Below are positions 55,677 to 64,000 of a stretch of 64,000 bases of DNA, piece by piece; within the stretch, counting starts at the first letter, position 1; every line of letters begins with the position of its first letter. The position numbers and the translations under genes are program-made. The notes under the pieces were generated by a model. That model was not told where the DNA came from. It made no database searches and saw nothing but the letters and a program-made list of their open reading frames with translations. The DNA is taken from contig JADLEL010000154.1 of NCBI GenBank assembly GCA_020846145.1, positions 11,680 through 75,679 on the forward strand, written 5' to 3'. Source of the DNA: Pirellulales bacterium. GTDB lineage: Bacteria > Planctomycetota > Planctomycetia > Pirellulales > Thermoguttaceae.

Positions 55677-56216
55677 TCAAGGAATCTTTCCGAGTTGCTG
55701 GACAATAGCTCGAAAAATCTGCTCCGGCTCGGCCATTCGGCCCGCGCCGATATCGCCGCAACTCAGGCGGCCTTCGCCGGGCTCGATGAAGATTACGCCG
55801 TCGGCGCGAAGTTGCTCCAGATTTCGCTTCACGGCGGGTTTTTCCCACATTTTGGTGTTCATCGCCGGGGCCATCAGCACCGGTCCGTCGAAAGCCAGAT
55901 AGACCGTGCTGACCAGATCATCGGCCAAGCCGCAGGCCGCCTTGGCGAGGATGTTGGCCGTGGCCGGGGCGATGCAGAATAGCTCGGCCTTTTGGGCCGC
56001 TTCGATGTGCGGATGCGCGCCGCGGCCGAAGACCTTCACGCCCACCGGCCTGCCCGTCAAGGCCTCAAACGTTTTCGGGCCGACGAGTTGTGTGGCGCTA
56101 CGGGTCATAACGACCGAAACGCCCGCCCCCGCTTGCACCAATTTGCTCACCAAGGCCGCCGTCTTGAACGCGGCGATGCCGCCCGTTACGCCGATCAGTA
56201 GCTCGCGGCCGTTCAT
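55677..56216 (-). CDS. coaC: phosphopantothenoylcysteine decarboxylase flavoprotein (stand-alone CoaC)
   Basis: LLIGVTGGIAAFK, APATANILAK.A.G.ADDL, PAMN..MW, G.L.CGD.G.GRM. Confidence 0.88.
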   Translation of the reverse strand: MNGRELLIGVTGGIAAFKTAALVSKLVQAGAGVSVVMTRSATQLVGPKTFEALTGRPVGVKVFGRGAHPHIEAAQKAELFCIAPATANILAKAACGLADDLVSTVYLAFDGPVLMAPAMNTKMWEKPAVKRNLEQLRADGVIFIEPGEGRLSCGDIGAGRMAEPEQIFRAIVQQLGKIP

Positions 56217-56221
56217 GGGCA

Positions 56222-56360
56222 GGGGATAGGAGATAGGGGACAGGGGACAGGATACAGGGGACAGGATACAGGGGACAGGGAATAGGGTTCAAGATTCGCG
56301 TTGGCTGATCGTTCCGACTGTTGTTCCCCTGTCCCCTGTATCCTGTCCCCTGTCCCCTCC
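56222..56360. repeat. short-motif tandem-repeat hairpin (GGGGACAGGATACA vs TGTATCCTGTCCCC)
   Basis: Arms at 56222-56287 and 56324-56360, between rpoZ and coaC. Confidence 0.85.
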
Positions 56361-56363
56361 TTG

Positions 56364-56624
56364 CTACAGCGCGTCGAAATCCAAATCCGAGAGGCCGACC
56401 GCGGGTTGGCCGCCGGCGATTTTCACGTTCAGATCGGTGTCGAGATAGATTTTATCCTGCAAAATCTCTTGGACCACGATCTGCATTTTGTTGTCCGATT
56501 TCATGTTCACCAACGGCCGGGCGCCGCCGTTGATGGCCACCAGACGCTTTTGGATCAAGGTCGAAAGCTTGAACCGCCCGCCGACCTTCTTCACGATTGC
56601 CTCTTCCCGAAGTTCGTCGATCAT
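56364..56624 (-). CDS. rpoZ: DNA-directed RNA polymerase subunit omega (planctomycete type)
   Basis: 86 aa, [15 protein letters not shown]. Sits immediately after gmk with an ATGA overlap; the gmk-rpoZ synteny is conserved. Confidence 0.65.
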   Translation of the reverse strand: MIDELREEAIVKKVGGRFKLSTLIQKRLVAINGGARPLVNMKSDNKMQIVVQEILQDKIYLDTDLNVKIAGGQPAVGLSDLDFDAL

Positions 56625-57238
56625 CGTTTTTTCTCCCGTTCGCTTGTCAAAATATCGCAAATTTCCGCAACGGCCCGATCGAGATCGTCGTTGATTACTT
56701 GATGTCGATATCGATCGGCCAGTTTCAATTCGTGTTTCGCCCGTTCGAGGCGCCGCTCGAGGGCTTCTTCGGACTCGGTGCCGCGGCCGCGGAGCCGCTT
56801 TTCCAATTCGGCGAAGGAGCCGGGGCGGATGAAGATCGAAAGGGCGTCGGGGAACCGCTCCATCGCGGCCAGCGCGCCTTGCACGTCGATCTCCAGCACG
56901 ACCCACTCGCCCGCCGCGAATCCCTTGCGGATCTCGCTCCACAAGGTTCCGTACCAATAATCCCGCCCGAAAACCGCGAAACATTCGAGGAATTCGCCGC
57001 GCTTGCGACGCGCGTCGAAATCCTCGGGCGCGAGGAAATAATAATCCCGCCCATCCAGCTCGCCCGCTCGCGGCGGCCGCGTGGTGGCCGAAACGCTATG
57101 CCTCAGCGGCAGCGGGCATTTTTCGAACACCCTTCGCATCACCGTCGTCTTTCCCGCCCCCGACGGACCGGAAACGATCACCACCTTGCCATTCTTTGTC
57201 GCCGCATTGCCCCCCGTTGTATTCGTGTCGTCGGTCAT
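56621..57238 (-). CDS. gmk: guanylate kinase
   Basis: P-loop [25 protein letters not shown]. Confidence 0.92.
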   Translation of the reverse strand: MTDDTNTTGGNAATKNGKVVIVSGPSGAGKTTVMRRVFEKCPLPLRHSVSATTRPPRAGELDGRDYYFLAPEDFDARRKRGEFLECFAVFGRDYWYGTLWSEIRKGFAAGEWVVLEIDVQGALAAMERFPDALSIFIRPGSFAELEKRLRGRGTESEEALERRLERAKHELKLADRYRHQVINDDLDRAVAEICDILTSEREKKR

Positions 57239-57332
57239 GGAAGTTTGAATGTCGATTGGCTTTCCATATTGGCCGGCAATGCAATGCTAAGCCGCAAGCG
57301 GCTGACAATTCATCATTCAGCACTCATCATTT

Positions 57333-58214
57333 TCACTCGATATTCTGAATCATCTCCCGTATCCGCTCGATGGCCGTTTTGATGTCGATCACCTGCCGGG
57401 CGATCTCCACGTCGTTGGCCTTCGAGCCGATGGTGTTCGCCTCGCGGACCATTTCCTGCGTGAGGAATTCGAGTTTGCGGCCGGCGCTTTCCGGTACTTT
57501 AAGGATGCCTAAAAACTGCTCGACGTGGCTCCGCAAGCGGACGATCTCCTCGGAAATGTCGGCCCGATCGGCGTACAAACTCACTTCCCGAATCAAGTCG
57601 GCCGGCTCGAGCGCCACCGCGTATTCCTGGAGCACTTTCTGCAAGCGATCGTGCAGCCGGGCGCGGTAATCGTCCACCACCACGGGGGCGCGGACTTCGA
57701 TCTTCGCCAAATTGTCGGCCACCGTTCGGCAATTGGCGGCGAGGTCGGCGGTCATCGCGCGGCCTTCTTCGGCGCGCATGTGCCCCAAGTTCTCCATCGC
57801 CCTTTCCAGCGTGCGACCGATCGTCGGCCAAGCGGCCGACATATCGTGCGGAACGACCGATTCTTCGACCACGCCCGGCAAAGGCAGCAACGCGCCGAGC
57901 GAAAGTTCGCTTTTCGCCCCCCACTTGTTTTGCACTTCCTGCAATTGCCGATGATATCGCTGGAGCACTTCGAGATTGATGCGGAAGTCTTCGGCCGGCC
58001 GCTGCCGATCGACGCGCAAGTTCACCTGGATCGTGCCGCGATGGACGGTCTTGCGGATCGCCTCCTCGATTTGCGGTTCGAGCGAACTATAACCCTCGGA
58101 CGAACGGACCGAGAGCTTGAAATAGCGGCTGTTAATGGTGCGGATTTCAATCGAGACGGTCAGCCCGTTCTCCTGACAGCGCGCCTCGCCGAAGCCGGTC
58201 ATGCTCAGAAGCAT
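57333..58214 (-). CDS. yicC: YicC family stress-induced protein
   Basis: SMTGFG N-terminus, IRTINSRY, C-terminal LEFLTQEM.REANTIGSKA. Confidence 0.88.
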   Translation of the reverse strand: MLLSMTGFGEARCQENGLTVSIEIRTINSRYFKLSVRSSEGYSSLEPQIEEAIRKTVHRGTIQVNLRVDRQRPAEDFRINLEVLQRYHRQLQEVQNKWGAKSELSLGALLPLPGVVEESVVPHDMSAAWPTIGRTLERAMENLGHMRAEEGRAMTADLAANCRTVADNLAKIEVRAPVVVDDYRARLHDRLQKVLQEYAVALEPADLIREVSLYADRADISEEIVRLRSHVEQFLGILKVPESAGRKLEFLTQEMVREANTIGSKANDVEIARQVIDIKTAIERIREMIQNIE

Positions 58215-58240
58215 GAAGGGGTTTCTCCACGGGTGGGAAG

Positions 58241-58306
58241 GATCGGGGATTGGGGATGAGGGATTGGAAACGACGATGTTCGGCTTCCAATCCCTCATCC
58301 CCGATC
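58241..58306. repeat. short-motif tandem-repeat hairpin (GATCGGGGATTGGGGATGAGGGATTGGAA / complement)
   Basis: Located between secG and yicC. Confidence 0.8.
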
Positions 58307-58320
58307 TCGAATCCCGCTGG

Positions 58321-58677
58321 TTACTTTTTCGGTGCGGGCGTGGAATCCGGTTTCTTTTCGGGCGTTTTTGCGTCCCCTGCCGCCGGTTGTTCCTTTTGTT
58401 CCGCCGCCTGCTTGCTCAATTCCTTTTCGAGTTCGCTTTTGGGAGGGACCAGCGCCTTGCCGGCGACGAGGCACAGGATAATCCAGAACGCCGCGACGCC
58501 GATGGTGATTTTCGTGAACAAATCGCCCGCTTTCGTGCCGAAGGCGCTCTGTCCGCCCATGCCGCCCAACGCGCCGGCCAACCCGCCCCCCTTCCCGCGT
58601 TGGATCAGCACCAGCACGATCAGAAATATCGCGGTGAAAAACAACACCACCAACAACAGCATTTGTCCGAAAGTCAT
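58321..58677 (-). CDS. secG: preprotein translocase subunit SecG
   Basis: [16 protein letters not shown]...FG motif, two TM helices, Lys/Pro/Glu-rich tail. Confidence 0.85.
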   Translation of the reverse strand: MTFGQMLLLVVLFFTAIFLIVLVLIQRGKGGGLAGALGGMGGQSAFGTKAGDLFTKITIGVAAFWIILCLVAGKALVPPKSELEKELSKQAAEQKEQPAAGDAKTPEKKPDSTPAPKK

Positions 58678-58715
58678 CTGAGCCGGTCCTCTCGATAAAA
58701 TCAGATCCGGGGCGC

Positions 58716-58791
58716 CATGCCCACGCTTACCGTGGGCATGAAGGAGGCGGAGGGCAAATCACGTCTCATGCCCACGACAAGCGTGGGCATG
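58716..58791. repeat. two CATGCCCACG-N-CGTGGGCATG hairpins between tpiA and secG
   Basis: Hairpins at 58716-58740 and 58767-58791. Confidence 0.8.
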
Positions 58792-58862
58792 GCACCCGAA
58801 ATATCTTTCGTGGGCGAAACTAATAAGTATGGTCGATTTTCAAAAAAGCCGCAATGGGAGGT

Positions 58863-59636
58863 TTATCGGTTTTCCTTCGCCCCGGCGATAATTCCCAGGA
58901 ATTGATCGACCTTCAAGCTTGCCCCCCCTACCAGGGCACCATCGATATTCGGCTGTCCTAGAAGTTCCGCGGCATTCTCCGGCTTCACACTCCCCCCGTA
59001 TTGTATAACAACGCCTTCCGCGACGGAAGCATCGTAATGCTCGGCCAAGATTTTTCGCAACGCAAGATGCACTTCTTCCGCCTGCTGGGGGGTGGCAACC
59101 TTGCCCGTGCCGATCGCCCAAACCGGCTCGTAGGCGATTACGACTTTGGCCATCCGTTCGGACGCGAGGCCCGCGAGCGAACCGGCAAACTGGCATTGAA
59201 TGACACCGAGCGTCTTGCCCGCTTCGCGTTCGGCCAGCAATTCTCCCACGCACACGATGGGCGTCAGTCCGGCGGCCAGCGCGGCGTGGACTTTCTTATT
59301 GATTGCGGCGTCGGTCTCGCCCAGAATGTGCCGCCGTTCGCTATGGCCGAGGATCACGTACTTGCAGCCCATATCGACCAACATTCCCGCGCTCAACTCG
59401 CCGGTGAACGCCCCTTCCTTTTCGTGATACATGTTCTGCGCGCCCAGGCCGACCTTCGAGCCGGCCAGCGCCTTGCCCACCGCTTCCAAGTAGCAACACG
59501 GCGGGCAGACGGCGAGATCGACGTTCGCAACCGAGGCGGCAGCCTTCGCAATGCCTTCGGCCAAGGCGACGGCCGCGGCCCGATTCGTATTCATTTTCCA
59601 ATTACCGGCGATAAACTGACGACGCATGATAGACAT
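58863..59636 (-). CDS. tpiA: triosephosphate isomerase
   Basis: [34 protein letters not shown]. Confidence 0.95.
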   Translation of the reverse strand: MSIMRRQFIAGNWKMNTNRAAAVALAEGIAKAAASVANVDLAVCPPCCYLEAVGKALAGSKVGLGAQNMYHEKEGAFTGELSAGMLVDMGCKYVILGHSERRHILGETDAAINKKVHAALAAGLTPIVCVGELLAEREAGKTLGVIQCQFAGSLAGLASERMAKVVIAYEPVWAIGTGKVATPQQAEEVHLALRKILAEHYDASVAEGVVIQYGGSVKPENAAELLGQPNIDGALVGGASLKVDQFLGIIAGAKENR

Positions 59637-59674
59637 TAGGGGATAGGGGATAGGGGATGGGGGAACTAAAGTCG

Positions 59675-59833
59675 GAATGCTGAATGATGAATGATGAATG
59701 AAAGTCGGTTGCGGCTTAGCAATAAGTTTTTTTTAGCGACTCGCCTCATGATCGCAGCCTGCATTCAGCATTCATCATTCATCATTCATCATTCAGCATT
59801 CATCATTCATCATTCATCATTCAGCATTCAGCC
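59675..59833. repeat. short-motif tandem-repeat hairpin (GAATGAT units vs ATCATTC units)
   Basis: Arms at 59675-59704 and 59761-59833, between pheA and tpiA. A half-copy sharing the loop motif TTGCGGCTTAGC lies at 57281-57335. Confidence 0.85.
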
Positions 59834-59839
59834 TTTCCT

Positions 59840-60985
59840 TCACTCCACCGTGGTTGCGGCGGGGAAGGAGCCTAAAATTTCCAAGCGCAAGGTTTTTTTC
59901 AGCAACTGGCCGACCGCCTTGCGAAAGCGGCCGTCGGACTCGTGGGCTTCCATTTCGACGAAGAAAAAGTAGCCCCGCTTCGATCCGGGGATGGGGAACG
60001 ATTCGATCCAGGTCATGTTCAAGCGGTTTCGCTTGAAGATCATCATCGCTTCGGCCAGCGCGCCCGGCCGATGCTCGATTTCCAGCAGAATCGCCGTGCG
60101 GTCGTTGCCCGTCCGCGCGGGCGGCTCGCCGCCGATGACCGCGAATCGCGTGAGGTTGCCGGGATTGTCCTCGATTTTCTCGGCCAGCACGTCCAGCCCG
60201 TAATGCACGCCGGCCTGTATGCCGGCGATGGCCGCCGCGCCGCTCTTCTCGGAGGCCAGTTGCGCCGCCGTCGAAGTGCTCGTCACCTCGATCGTCCGTG
60301 CGCCGGGCAGATGCTTCGCCAGCCAATTGCGGCACTGCGAGATCGCCTGCGGCTTGCTGTAAATTTCCTTCACCTCGGCCCGCGGGCATTTTCCCAAAAG
60401 CGCGTGGTGAATTTTCAAATCGATCTCGCCAGTGATCCTCACCGGCAGGCGGATGAACATGTCGAGCGTGTCGGCGATCCGCCCGTCTGTCGAATTCTCG
60501 ATCGGCGCCAGGCCGTAATCGGCATGACCGCCGCGCACCTCCTCGAAAACCGCGGCGATGTTCCCCACGGGCACGAATTCCACGCTCTGGCCGAAGCGGT
60601 GGATGGCCGCCAGATGGCTGAAGCTGTAGAGCGGCCCCAAGATCGCGATCCGCGGCGCCCGGACCAGCGCCCGGCACCCGCTGACGATCTCGCGAATGAC
60701 GGCCTCGACGCTTCGCTGGGACAACGGCCCGCCGATCTCGCCCGCAAGCTGCTGCAACTGCTCGCCGGTCAACGCCGCGGCCAATGCTTTTTGCCCCGCC
60801 GCCCCGCTCTCGCGCGCCACCTCCAACACCTTCTCCGCCCGCTGCCGCAGCAATCGCAGCAGTTCCCGGTCGATTTCCGCCAGTTCCCGCGGCGAGGGCG
60901 TAACGGTTTTATTTCCGCTCCGAACGGTTTTTTTCTTCGTGGCGGCGTCGATATCGGATTGGGATTTCGATTTGGACATGGTCAA
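59840..60985 (-). CDS. pheA: bifunctional chorismate mutase / prephenate dehydratase
   Basis: N-terminal CM helix (IDRELLRLLRQRA), PDT domain (GLAPIENSTDG, TRF) and ACT domain (ESFP...YFFFVE). Confidence 0.88.
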   Translation of the reverse strand: MTMSKSKSQSDIDAATKKKTVRSGNKTVTPSPRELAEIDRELLRLLRQRAEKVLEVARESGAAGQKALAAALTGEQLQQLAGEIGGPLSQRSVEAVIREIVSGCRALVRAPRIAILGPLYSFSHLAAIHRFGQSVEFVPVGNIAAVFEEVRGGHADYGLAPIENSTDGRIADTLDMFIRLPVRITGEIDLKIHHALLGKCPRAEVKEIYSKPQAISQCRNWLAKHLPGARTIEVTSTSTAAQLASEKSGAAAIAGIQAGVHYGLDVLAEKIEDNPGNLTRFAVIGGEPPARTGNDRTAILLEIEHRPGALAEAMMIFKRNRLNMTWIESFPIPGSKRGYFFFVEMEAHESDGRFRKAVGQLLKKTLRLEILGSFPAATTVE

Positions 60986-61056
60986 CTCATTCTCGGAAAG
61001 GTTTCTTTTAATAGCCGGACTGCTTTATGTCAATCCGCTGACCTATCAAATCATAA

Positions 61057-61683
61057 CTATCCCATCTCTCCCTCATCCACCAATCCCATCAATTGAGGGA
61101 TGATTCGGCGGGCGGCCCGGGAGCGGTGGCTGAGGCAGAACTTGGCGGTGGGGCCGAGTTCGGCAAAGGAGCGATGGTATTCGAGAATCGTGAACAGCGG
61201 ATCGTATCCGAAACCGTGATTGCCTTGCGGCGCGAAGAGGATTCGTCCGCGACAGGCGGCGTCGCTTTCCGCCCGGATGGTTCCCGTCGGATCGGCCAGG
61301 GCGATATGGCAGACGAACCGGGCGCCTCGCCGTTCGGGAGGAACGTCGGCGAGTTTTCTCAGCAAGAGTTGGTTGTTTTGCTCGTCGGTGGCCTCGGGGC
61401 CGGCATAGCGGGCGGAATAAACGCCCGGCTCGCCGCCAAGGGCATCGACCAACAGTCCGCTGTCGTCGGCCAAGACCCAATGGCCCAGGAGTTTGGCATA
61501 GCCCGACGCCTTGAGAATCGCATTCGCCGCGAAAGTTTCGCCGTCTTCGGGCACTTGCGGGACATCGGGAAAATCGGCCAAGGCGAGTAATTTCACCCCC
61601 ACCTTGGCGAACAACTGTTCCAATTCCGCGCCTTTTTTGCGATTCGCCGTGCCGATGACTAATAGCGGGAGTTTCGACGACAT
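61057..61683 (-). CDS. rdgB: non-canonical purine NTP pyrophosphatase (RdgB/HAM1 family)
   Basis: IGTANRKKGAE, ADDSGL.VDAL.G.PGVYSARYAG, GFGYDP.F. Confidence 0.9.
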   Translation of the reverse strand: MSSKLPLLVIGTANRKKGAELEQLFAKVGVKLLALADFPDVPQVPEDGETFAANAILKASGYAKLLGHWVLADDSGLLVDALGGEPGVYSARYAGPEATDEQNNQLLLRKLADVPPERRGARFVCHIALADPTGTIRAESDAACRGRILFAPQGNHGFGYDPLFTILEYHRSFAELGPTAKFCLSHRSRAARRIIPQLMGLVDEGEMG

Positions 61684-61721
61684 GGATAATGGGATATTTT
61701 ATGCGGAGTTTTCGTCCTTCG

Positions 61722-62741
61722 TCATTCGGATTTCGCCATTCCCCGAAAAACGTGCTGCATCATCAAATTCTTTTTCGACGTTACCGGGCCGGGATTGGCG
61801 TCGTCGCGGAGCACACTCATCATGACGTGGAATTTCGCGTCGATGTCGTCGGCATAGTGGATGAGCATCGCTTCGGGCGTCATCGGCGGCTTGGGCGATC
61901 CCCATTCGGGCAACCGCTGATGGGCGATAATCGCATGTTCCAGCCGCAGCAGCATTTCGGCGTCGAGCGGCGTTGGCAATTTCGCCGCCGCCTCGCGGAC
62001 GATGTCGCGGCCCAAAAGCATGTGCCCGATCATCGCCCCCGCGGCCGAAAAAACCGCCCCTTCCGGCCGCGTTTCGTACTCCTCGAGCTTGCCGATGTCG
62101 TGCAGAATCGCCCCCGCCACGACGAGGCTTTTATCCAACGGCGGCCGCATTTCGGGATAGTAATCGGCGTACTTGTCGGCCAGAAACAGCGCGGTTTTCG
62201 TCACGCTCAGGGTGTGTTCCAACAGCCCGCCCACGAAGGCGTGATGATTGCGCCGCGCGGCCGGAAAGACGAGCACCTCGTTGCGGTTCTCCGTCAGAAT
62301 CGATTCGACCAATCGACCTAGCTCCGGCCGCTCGATCCGCTGGCGGACGATCGCCAAAAGTTCGTCGAACATTTCCAGCGGATCGAACCGCGATTTCGGC
62401 TGGCAGGCGGTCGGGTCGAAACCGTCGGCGGCATCGGCCTCGGCCACTTCGCGGATTTTATGGATCTCCAACTGCGGCCCGTAATTCGTCTCGCGATACA
62501 CCGCGCGCACTTTGTAATAAACGCCCGGCGTCCACGCGGCCCGGCAATCGGCCGACCACGGCGAGTCGTCCCAGATCGGAAAACTCAATTCCCGCCGGCC
62601 GCCGCGAAACGTTACCTTATGATAAGGCTTGCCCGCTTTGGTCTTTAACTCTTCCTTGGCCGCAAGCAGCAGAAAAACATCGGCCTCCTGGCCGGGTATC
62701 ATCTCATCGAGCGCAAGCAGCGGAATCGTGCGCGGGGCCAT
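61722..62741 (-). CDS. OB-fold plus HD domain protein (YhaM-like 3'-5' exoribonuclease family)
   Basis: N-terminal OB-like region (GKPYHKVTFRGGRRELSFPIWD) followed by HHAFVGGLLEHT...AILHDIGK and HH...YADDIDAK. ATG at 62741. Confidence 0.7.
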   Translation of the reverse strand: MAPRTIPLLALDEMIPGQEADVFLLLAAKEELKTKAGKPYHKVTFRGGRRELSFPIWDDSPWSADCRAAWTPGVYYKVRAVYRETNYGPQLEIHKIREVAEADAADGFDPTACQPKSRFDPLEMFDELLAIVRQRIERPELGRLVESILTENRNEVLVFPAARRNHHAFVGGLLEHTLSVTKTALFLADKYADYYPEMRPPLDKSLVVAGAILHDIGKLEEYETRPEGAVFSAAGAMIGHMLLGRDIVREAAAKLPTPLDAEMLLRLEHAIIAHQRLPEWGSPKPPMTPEAMLIHYADDIDAKFHVMMSVLRDDANPGPVTSKKNLMMQHVFRGMAKSE

Positions 62742-63016
62742 GATAATAAGCGTTGAGCAAAAAAACGATCGGTGTAGCGGCCGCGTTCGCGCGGCCTGCT
62801 TGGCGTTCCATGGGCAAATCTTTTCCGATTGTAGCGGAATCTCCCATTGCGGGGGAGGGGAGGGGCCGTTTGCAGCAACCGCTCTTGGTTCCGTCATGTC
62901 GTTTCGAGTAAAATTCCGAAAAGTGGAGAGGGGTGAGGGGTGAGGGGAGAGGGGTGAGTGCTTCGTTCAATTTGAAATTTAAGATTTGAAATTACCAATT
63001 TGCGATCCTTCCCATA

Positions 63017-63955
63017 ATGTCCCTCCGCCGCAAACTCACGAAGCCCAAGCCCCCTTCGCCCCTCAGTGCGGCGAAGGGTTGGGTCGAGTCGTTCACCGAC
63101 TACGCGGCGGGCGAGTGCCATCTTGCGGAGAACACCGTGGCGGCCTATCGCCGCGATTTGACTCGCTTCATGGCGTGGCTCGACGGCCGCGGCATTCCGA
63201 AACTGAGCATCCAGGATTTGGCCGATTACGCCGGCTGGCTGCACGAAAAAAAACTCGCGCCGGCGAGCATCGCCCGGCATCTGGTTTCGCTGAAAGTCTT
63301 TTTCCGCTATCTGCAACTGGAAAACGTGCTGACCGAAAATCTGGCCGAACTCTTGGGCAGCCAAAAACTCTGGCAGCGGGTGCCGAAAGTCCTGAGTCCG
63401 CAGCAGATCGACAAACTGTTTGCGGCGCCGCAATCGTACGATCCCTGCTTCCGCCGCGATCGGGCGATGCTCGAGCTGCTCTACGCCACCGGCTGCCGCG
63501 TTTCCGAGATCGCCCATTTGAAGATGCAGGACGTGCACCTGGATGAAAGTTACTGCCTCTGCCGCGGCAAGGGCGATAAGGAACGGCTCGTCCCCTTGAA
63601 CGCGCGGGCGATAACGGCGGTGCGCGCGTATCTCGAGCACGAGCGCGGCAAACTCCAGGCCCGACGCGGTTCGCCCGCCGAATGGGTGCTGCTGAGCTAT
63701 CGCGGCCGCCGCCTGCGCCGCGAGCGGATTTGGGAGCTGCTGAAACACTACGCCCAGCGCGTGGGCGCGCCGCCGGAGATCAGCCCGCACACGTTCCGCC
63801 ACAGTTTCGCCACGCATTTGCTGGCCGGCGGCGCGGACCTTCGCCAGGTCCAAGAGATGCTCGGCCACGCCAGCATCGCCACCACACAAATCTACACCCA
63901 CGTCGATCCGACGAGGTTAAAAGCCGTGCATAAGAAGTTCCATCCGCGGGCGTAA
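63017..63955 (+). CDS. xerD: tyrosine site-specific recombinase XerC/XerD family
   Basis: LAENTVAAYRRDL, ELLYATGCRVSE, HTFRHSFATHLL..GADLR.VQE.LGH.SI.TTQIYTH. Confidence 0.85.
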   Translation: MSLRRKLTKPKPPSPLSAAKGWVESFTDYAAGECHLAENTVAAYRRDLTRFMAWLDGRGIPKLSIQDLADYAGWLHEKKLAPASIARHLVSLKVFFRYLQLENVLTENLAELLGSQKLWQRVPKVLSPQQIDKLFAAPQSYDPCFRRDRAMLELLYATGCRVSEIAHLKMQDVHLDESYCLCRGKGDKERLVPLNARAITAVRAYLEHERGKLQARRGSPAEWVLLSYRGRRLRRERIWELLKHYAQRVGAPPEISPHTFRHSFATHLLAGGADLRQVQEMLGHASIATTQIYTHVDPTRLKAVHKKFHPRA

Positions 63956-64000
63956 CGCGAAAAATCCGCCGATTCTCAACGGACGGAGTCCAATATGCGC

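Noticed and set aside
59942-61096. 384-aa plus-strand ORF.
   Set aside because: It is antisense to pheA and the rdgB 3' end, and its composition is Arg-rich.
63017-63955. Interpreting the tyrosine recombinase as the integrase of a mobile element.
   Set aside because: The sequence has the XerC/XerD housekeeping pattern and sits beside core genes. No att-like repeats or cargo are visible within the window.

Overview
All calls rest on reading the sequence and the supplied ORF track by eye; no searches or computations were run, and every identity and G+C statement is a visual estimate. This is a high-G+C bacterial chromosomal segment (over 60 % by eye). It is most consistent with a Planctomycetota genome: BatA-N/vWA protein, DUF1080, PEP-CTERM anchors, a planctomycete-type RpoZ, and very dense intergenic palindromic repeats. 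I support about 53 protein-coding genes.

Core housekeeping genes include rpmB, gatC and gatA. A long minus-strand block runs pheA, tpiA, secG, yicC, gmk, rpoZ, coaC, coaB, with prs and a hyi-like gene further downstream on the same strand. rdgB and xerD are also present.

Envelope and transport genes include mlaE/mlaF/mlaD, an MscS channel, an MFS transporter and a CPBP protease.

Glycan-related genes include two DUF2961/GH172-like proteins, a GH29 fucosidase, a DUF1080 protein and a GH99-like protein. Two large PEP-CTERM-anchored beta-helix proteins are also present.

I found no rRNA, tRNA, CRISPR array or transposase.

The main candidate for an undescribed system is an AT-richer, translationally coupled two-gene cassette at 13187-14787. 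It encodes TcmP (three-Cys-motif partner) and a Gp37/Gp68 DUF5131 protein, and it sits between a KamA radical-SAM aminomutase and an ATP-grasp ligase.

Other notable points:
- An in-frame insertion of two palindromic repeat units inside gatA.
- Two interleaved pairs of long, highly similar inverted repeats (196 nt and 123 nt) around 44.2-52.7 kb.
- A 13-nt-direct-repeat-flanked MITE-like element.
- A four-helix-bundle gene cassette splitting mlaE from mlaF.
- A coaC/coaB pair split by a low-G+C small membrane ORF.
- A recurring architecture of short-motif tandem-repeat hairpins between genes.

The ORF track uses non-ATG starts, and many of its long ORFs are high-G+C shadow frames.
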